Source of the DNA: Cycas panzhihuaensis
Taxonomy: Eukaryota > Plantae > Cycadophyta
Direction: 5' to 3'
Length of the DNA stretch: 64,000 nt
Assembly (NCBI GenBank): GCA_023213395.1
Contig: CM041465.1
Coordinates: 131,881,741 to 131,945,740 of the forward strand
In this document: in pieces, positions 59,430-64,000 of the stretch
How the letters are laid out: each line of letters starts with the position of its first letter
Numbering within the stretch: position 1 is the stretch's first letter
Notes under the pieces: generated by a model
Told to the model about the DNA's origin: nothing
Databases searched by the model: none
Seen by the model: the letters and a program-made list of their open reading frames with translations, nothing else
Made by a program: the position numbers and the translations under genes

Positions 59430-59726
59430 ACATACACTCAACAAACACCTAAGAAGTATTTAAGGACCTTGAGGATGATAATGAACAAAAGTAGAAGGCG
59501 ATACTAAATATTTGTCAAATCCTAGGTTTGTTGAGTGTGTGATTGTGAAATAAAAATAAAAACAAATACATAGACACACAAACACACACATGTATTTGTC
59601 TTTATTTTTATTTTACAATACTAAAGATTTTCCAAATCTTAGGTTTGTTGAGTGTGTGATTATGAAATCAAAATGAAAACAAATATACACATATGCATAT
59701 ACATGTATTCATTTTTATTTTATTTT
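59430..59726. repeat. Short tandem and inverted repeat cluster (MITE/foldback-like)
   Basis: TAGGTTTGTTGAGTGTGTGATT at ~59522 and ~59640, inverted copy ACACTCAACAAAC at ~59434, each unit with A-rich/T-rich arms. Confidence 0.55.
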
Positions 59727-59734
59727 AAAATCAC

Positions 59735-62700
59735 TTTTTTTTTTTTGTACGGTATAAATGAAGGGGTTTAAAGGGCCCCAACTCTATTATAAAAGCTGCC
59801 TTTCAGCTTTCAAGTCTACCATGACAAGCCCATGGCCTAGCTATCCCATAACATCTGATAAATCCATTCCCCTCCCCCTTGGCAAGATAAACCTAGTGGA
59901 TAGCTCTGGCTCTCCATATGAGATATGGACTTCAAATCCTCTTTCACTTGGCTCAAAACATCCTCAGGGAAATCCTCTTTCCATACATAGTTTCTTTGGT
60001 GCACTACTCCCCAATTAGCCAGTTTATCAACAACTCCATTACCTTCTTTATACATATGAGTAATCTTTGCATCCTCTCTACTCCTAAGGGCTCTTTACAT
60101 ATCTTTAATCATGGTTGTCAACTTCTAATTAGGAACAACCTTCTCTCTAAGCATATTTATTATGTTAAGGGAATCCCCTTAAATAATAATCCTATCATGG
60201 CCTTCCTGTAGTTGACATCTTCACCCTGTGGTTTATTTGGCTACCATAATACTTAGCAAAAGCCCATAATATAACTCCTTTCAAATTTCTACATATGACA
60301 CCTCCCCCAGCCTCCCCTGGGTTACCTTTAGTAGCCCCATCAAAGTTAATTTTCACCTAGTTTTCTAGGGGAGGGACCTAGGGATATATCCTCTTCCTGC
60401 TCTCGGGACTAACATTCACTCTCCCTACTCCCCAATATTTTAAGGCTATCTCTTCTAATTATGTGATGAAGCTCTCTTTTTTTACATGCATATTCACTAG
60501 CTCCAAGATAACACCGTAGATAATTCTTGCAAGTCTAATTCCATCCATCTTCTTCTCTTAAAAGACCCTCTTGTTCCTTTTCTTCCATAAGTTCCACATT
60601 AGCTCTGGCATAGTAAGTTACCATATATACACTAGGTTCTTGCTTCTAAAAGGACTAACCTAAGTCATGATTCACTCCTTAAGGGTTTTCATTATCATCC
60701 ATTCCACCCCGAACTTGGCCCCAATAACTCTCCAAATGATCCTTGAGTAAGAGCAGTGTAGGAGAATATGATCCACCAACTCCTTGTCCTAATAGCATAA
60801 GATGCATATGTTTGCCATCGCGAAGCCCCTTCTTTGCATATTATCCATAGTCAAAATCTTGTTCTTCAAGCACAACCACTAGAATACTACTATTTTAGGA
60901 GTCAGGCCTATCTTCCAAATTTTATTCAATAAAGGGGAATTGAGAGCCCCTTCCTGAAGACATAAGAAGAGGTACCCATACTTCATTGTATACTCCCCAT
61001 ATGGGGATAGGTGCCATACCATAACATTAACCACTTCACTTTTGGGGACATAGCATTACGACAAGCTTTTTCTAAGCTCCTCTGTCACCTCCCTAAGGGT
61101 CAGGTTTCTCTTAAGTTCCTCAAATGATCTCCATCTCCTCAGCCACCCTTGGCCCTCCCAATAATCTTTAACTTTAGTACCATTGGTTTTTTCACATTCT
61201 TCCCTCAATAGAAATAGATTTGTCTTGTAGGATAATTGACCTTGCCCACACCACATATCTTCCTAGAAGTTTATGGATGCTCCTTCACCCAGCTTCCACT
61301 ACATACCCGCTGCTAACATCTGTTTAGAATGTTATATACTTCTCCATATAGAAGATCCTAAAGGAGCCTTAGGATTCCCTACTAAAAATTTCTAACCATG
61401 GAGATATTTTTGAGATAAGATCCTCTCCTAAAGTGCTCCTTTTTGAAAGGTCAAATGCCATCCAAGCTTCGCCACTAAGGCCCTATTTAAAGTTAACATT
61501 CTTCTAAGGTTCAAACCCCCCACCTATTTAGGCTGACATACTGTCTCCCACACAACTAGATGAGCCTTATCCTTCTCCTCAACCCCATGCCGAAGAAATC
61601 TCTTTTGGATTGATTCTATTATTGTTATAACTTTAGTAGGGATCCTAAAGACCGACACCATGTATATCAAAACATTCTAGAGCACAATTGATAATAATTG
61701 TATCTTACCAGCCTAACTTAAAAGGGAGCCTTTCCATCCTGCCAACTTCCTTTGAATATGATCTATAATAAGGGACTAGGCCTCCATCGTTATTTTACCA
61801 ATAAAAAAGTGTATTCCTAGATAGAGCCAAAGGAAGCTTCCTAATTGGCATCTCAAAGGTCTTAATGATCTTCCTTTGTGCCTTCTCCTTTGTGTTCTCG
61901 AAATACACATTGCTTTTATTACAGTTAACCATCTCGTTGGTGGCCCTCTCGAAATGTTTGAGACCACCTTTAATCACCTGTGCCTCTTCTAAGGATGCCT
62001 TGCCTAGGAGAATATTGTCATCCACAAATTGATGATACACTACATTATCAACCCCAGAGGTAGGCTTTATACCTTTGATCACCCCCTGTCTTCTGGCCTC
62101 CTTTGTAACTTTCCCCAGAAACTCAGCAAAAATAATAAATAAGTAGGGGGGGAGAGGATCTACCTATTGAAGACCTTTATATCTAGAGAAGAACCTTGTT
62201 GAAGTATCATTTATCAATAGCAAATATTATGAGTTGGAGATGCAACGACCCATCCATTCCCTCCATTTGTCTCTAAAGTTAAACAACCTGAGGTAATCCC
62301 AAGAGACCCTATCGTAGGCTTTAGACAGATCAATTTTCACTATCATCCTCACTTCCTTCTTATGATATACTAAGTGCACGGTCTTGTGAATAATAATAAT
62401 CCCATCTAGAATTTATCTCCCTTTCACAAACCCTTCTTGATTAAGGAAGATAATATCTAGAAAAATCCTCTTCAATCTATTCACCAGGATTTTGTAAACT
62501 ACATTACATAGGCTAATTAGATGATAATCCTCTATTCTCTTGCTGCCTTCCTTTTTAGGTATCAAAACTAATGGTAGTTTACCACTCCCCCAATATTTCA
62601 CTATTCTTATAAAATTCCCTCAAGGCTGCGATGATATCCTCCTTTATAATATCCAAATATATTTGGAAAAAACTTGAATGAAAGCCATATGGTCCTGGAA

Positions 62701-64000
62701 CTTTGTCCCTTTTCATGCTAAAAACAATACCTTTCACCTCTTTTGGGGTGAAGAGGGGCAGAAGGTCCCTATTCTAACCATTGGTCACCAGCTTGGGAAT
62801 CCTATCCAAAAATTCCTTCCTAACCTCTAGGTCTAAGTAGCCAGGCTCCTTTAACAACTCCTAGAAATATTTCATCGTTATCTCCTTGATCTCTACCTCT
62901 TCACTAGTTCATGTCCCCTCCTTATTACATAACTTATTCATATGATTATAGGATGTATGCTTTAGAATCGTTAAGTAAAAAACCTTTATGTTTGTATCTC
63001 CTTCTACTAACCAGAGAGCTCTCAATTTCTACTAGCTAAAGAGCTCTCGATTTTTGCTTCCAAAATATCTCTTCCTTAGTCAGAATCTCATCTAGCTTCC
63101 TAGAGAGGTCTCTCTTTATTAAATCCAAAGCCTGAGTTCTTCCCTCCTTGTCTATGCACTCCTCAATTCTTTTTAATTCCTCCACAATTTGGTTCTTAGT
63201 GATGAAGATATTTCCATACACACTTTTATTCTATTCTTTTATTTTCTCTTAACCCAACCCAATTGTTCGGATAGTCTAAACATTATACAACCTTTAATAG
63301 GAATCTTCCACTAATTAGATATCAGTTTCCTTAGGTCGAGATGATTAACCCACATTAATTCAAATCAGAAAGGAGCGTTATTATACTTTTTGTTAAACTC
63401 AAAGTCCAACATTAGAGGAGAATGATCTGATGCCATCTTTGGTAAAACCTCTAATATGAAATCATCATATCGTCTAACCCAGGCATAGTTTACATTAATC
63501 CTATCCAATCTTACTTAGATATGGTGTTCCCCTAGCCTCCTATTTGACCATGTAAATTTGGCTCCCCTCAAGTCTATGTCTACTATTCCTTCTTTCTGGA
63601 TAAAATCACCCAAATCCATCATACTGGGCATCTAACCCTTTGGCCCCCACTTTTTTCTTATTTAGGGAAAGTGTAGTATTGAAATCTCTTGCCACCACCC
63701 ATAGACCATGCCATTTTTTATGATGTTCCAATATTTTATCCCATAATTCCTTTCTCCCTTTCGCAATGGTGAAGGCATAAATATTTGTGGCCAATCATCG
63801 ATGATTTGTCCCTCTACTAGTAAACCAGATGGACATGAAATGGTTGTATATTTCACAAACCTCTCCTTACCAGAACATACGATTCCATAGGGTTGCCAAC
63901 CCTCCAGAGCCATGGTGGGCTTTCTTAATCTCCATTTCTATTGTTCTTCATATCTTATTTTTAATAACTAATATATTAATTTACTCTAGCTTAGTTTCTT
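59735..64000 (-). mobile_element. L1-clade LINE with C-terminal RNase H and poly(A) tail, decayed; continues beyond window
   Basis: APE 'TNIYA...ELW...VARDFN'; RT 'HQFVDDNILLG'; zf 'CILC...DHILLHC'; RNase H 'PP...VKINFDGATKGNPGEAGGG' and 'EGNGVVDKLAN'; T12 at 59735-59746. Related to the LINE at 1-4192. Confidence 0.96.

Overview
AT-rich, heavily deaminated land-plant nuclear DNA made almost entirely of nested, decayed transposable elements. I find no intact host gene, RNA gene or CRISPR array. Left to right: (1) an L1 LINE (+) cut off at ~4.2 kb; (2) a decayed Plant Mobile Domain (PMD) gene (-); (3) a TSD-bounded CRM-clade Ty3/gypsy element (9945-22522) whose 5' LTR holds a nested LTR element almost wholly replaced by a 4.2-kb (TA)n array; (4) a Reina-like chromovirus; (5) a Tat-type element with an extra RNase H after integrase, interrupted by a small gypsy remnant and a TSD-bounded Ty1/copia element; (6) a TSD-bounded, pol-less LTR element (52060-58706, -); (7) a second L1 with RNase H and poly(A) (-). 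The pol-less element is the most interesting feature. It carries a CpG-rich island followed by a chain of 70-140 bp fragments of unrelated host genes: SUVR5-like SET methyltransferase, leucine aminopeptidase, a CRK-like receptor kinase and an axonemal dynein heavy chain, all antisense to the element. The TE lineages and the dynein fragment point to a gymnosperm with flagellated sperm (cycad or Ginkgo; inference). All protein assignments are by manual translation and motif recognition, not database search.
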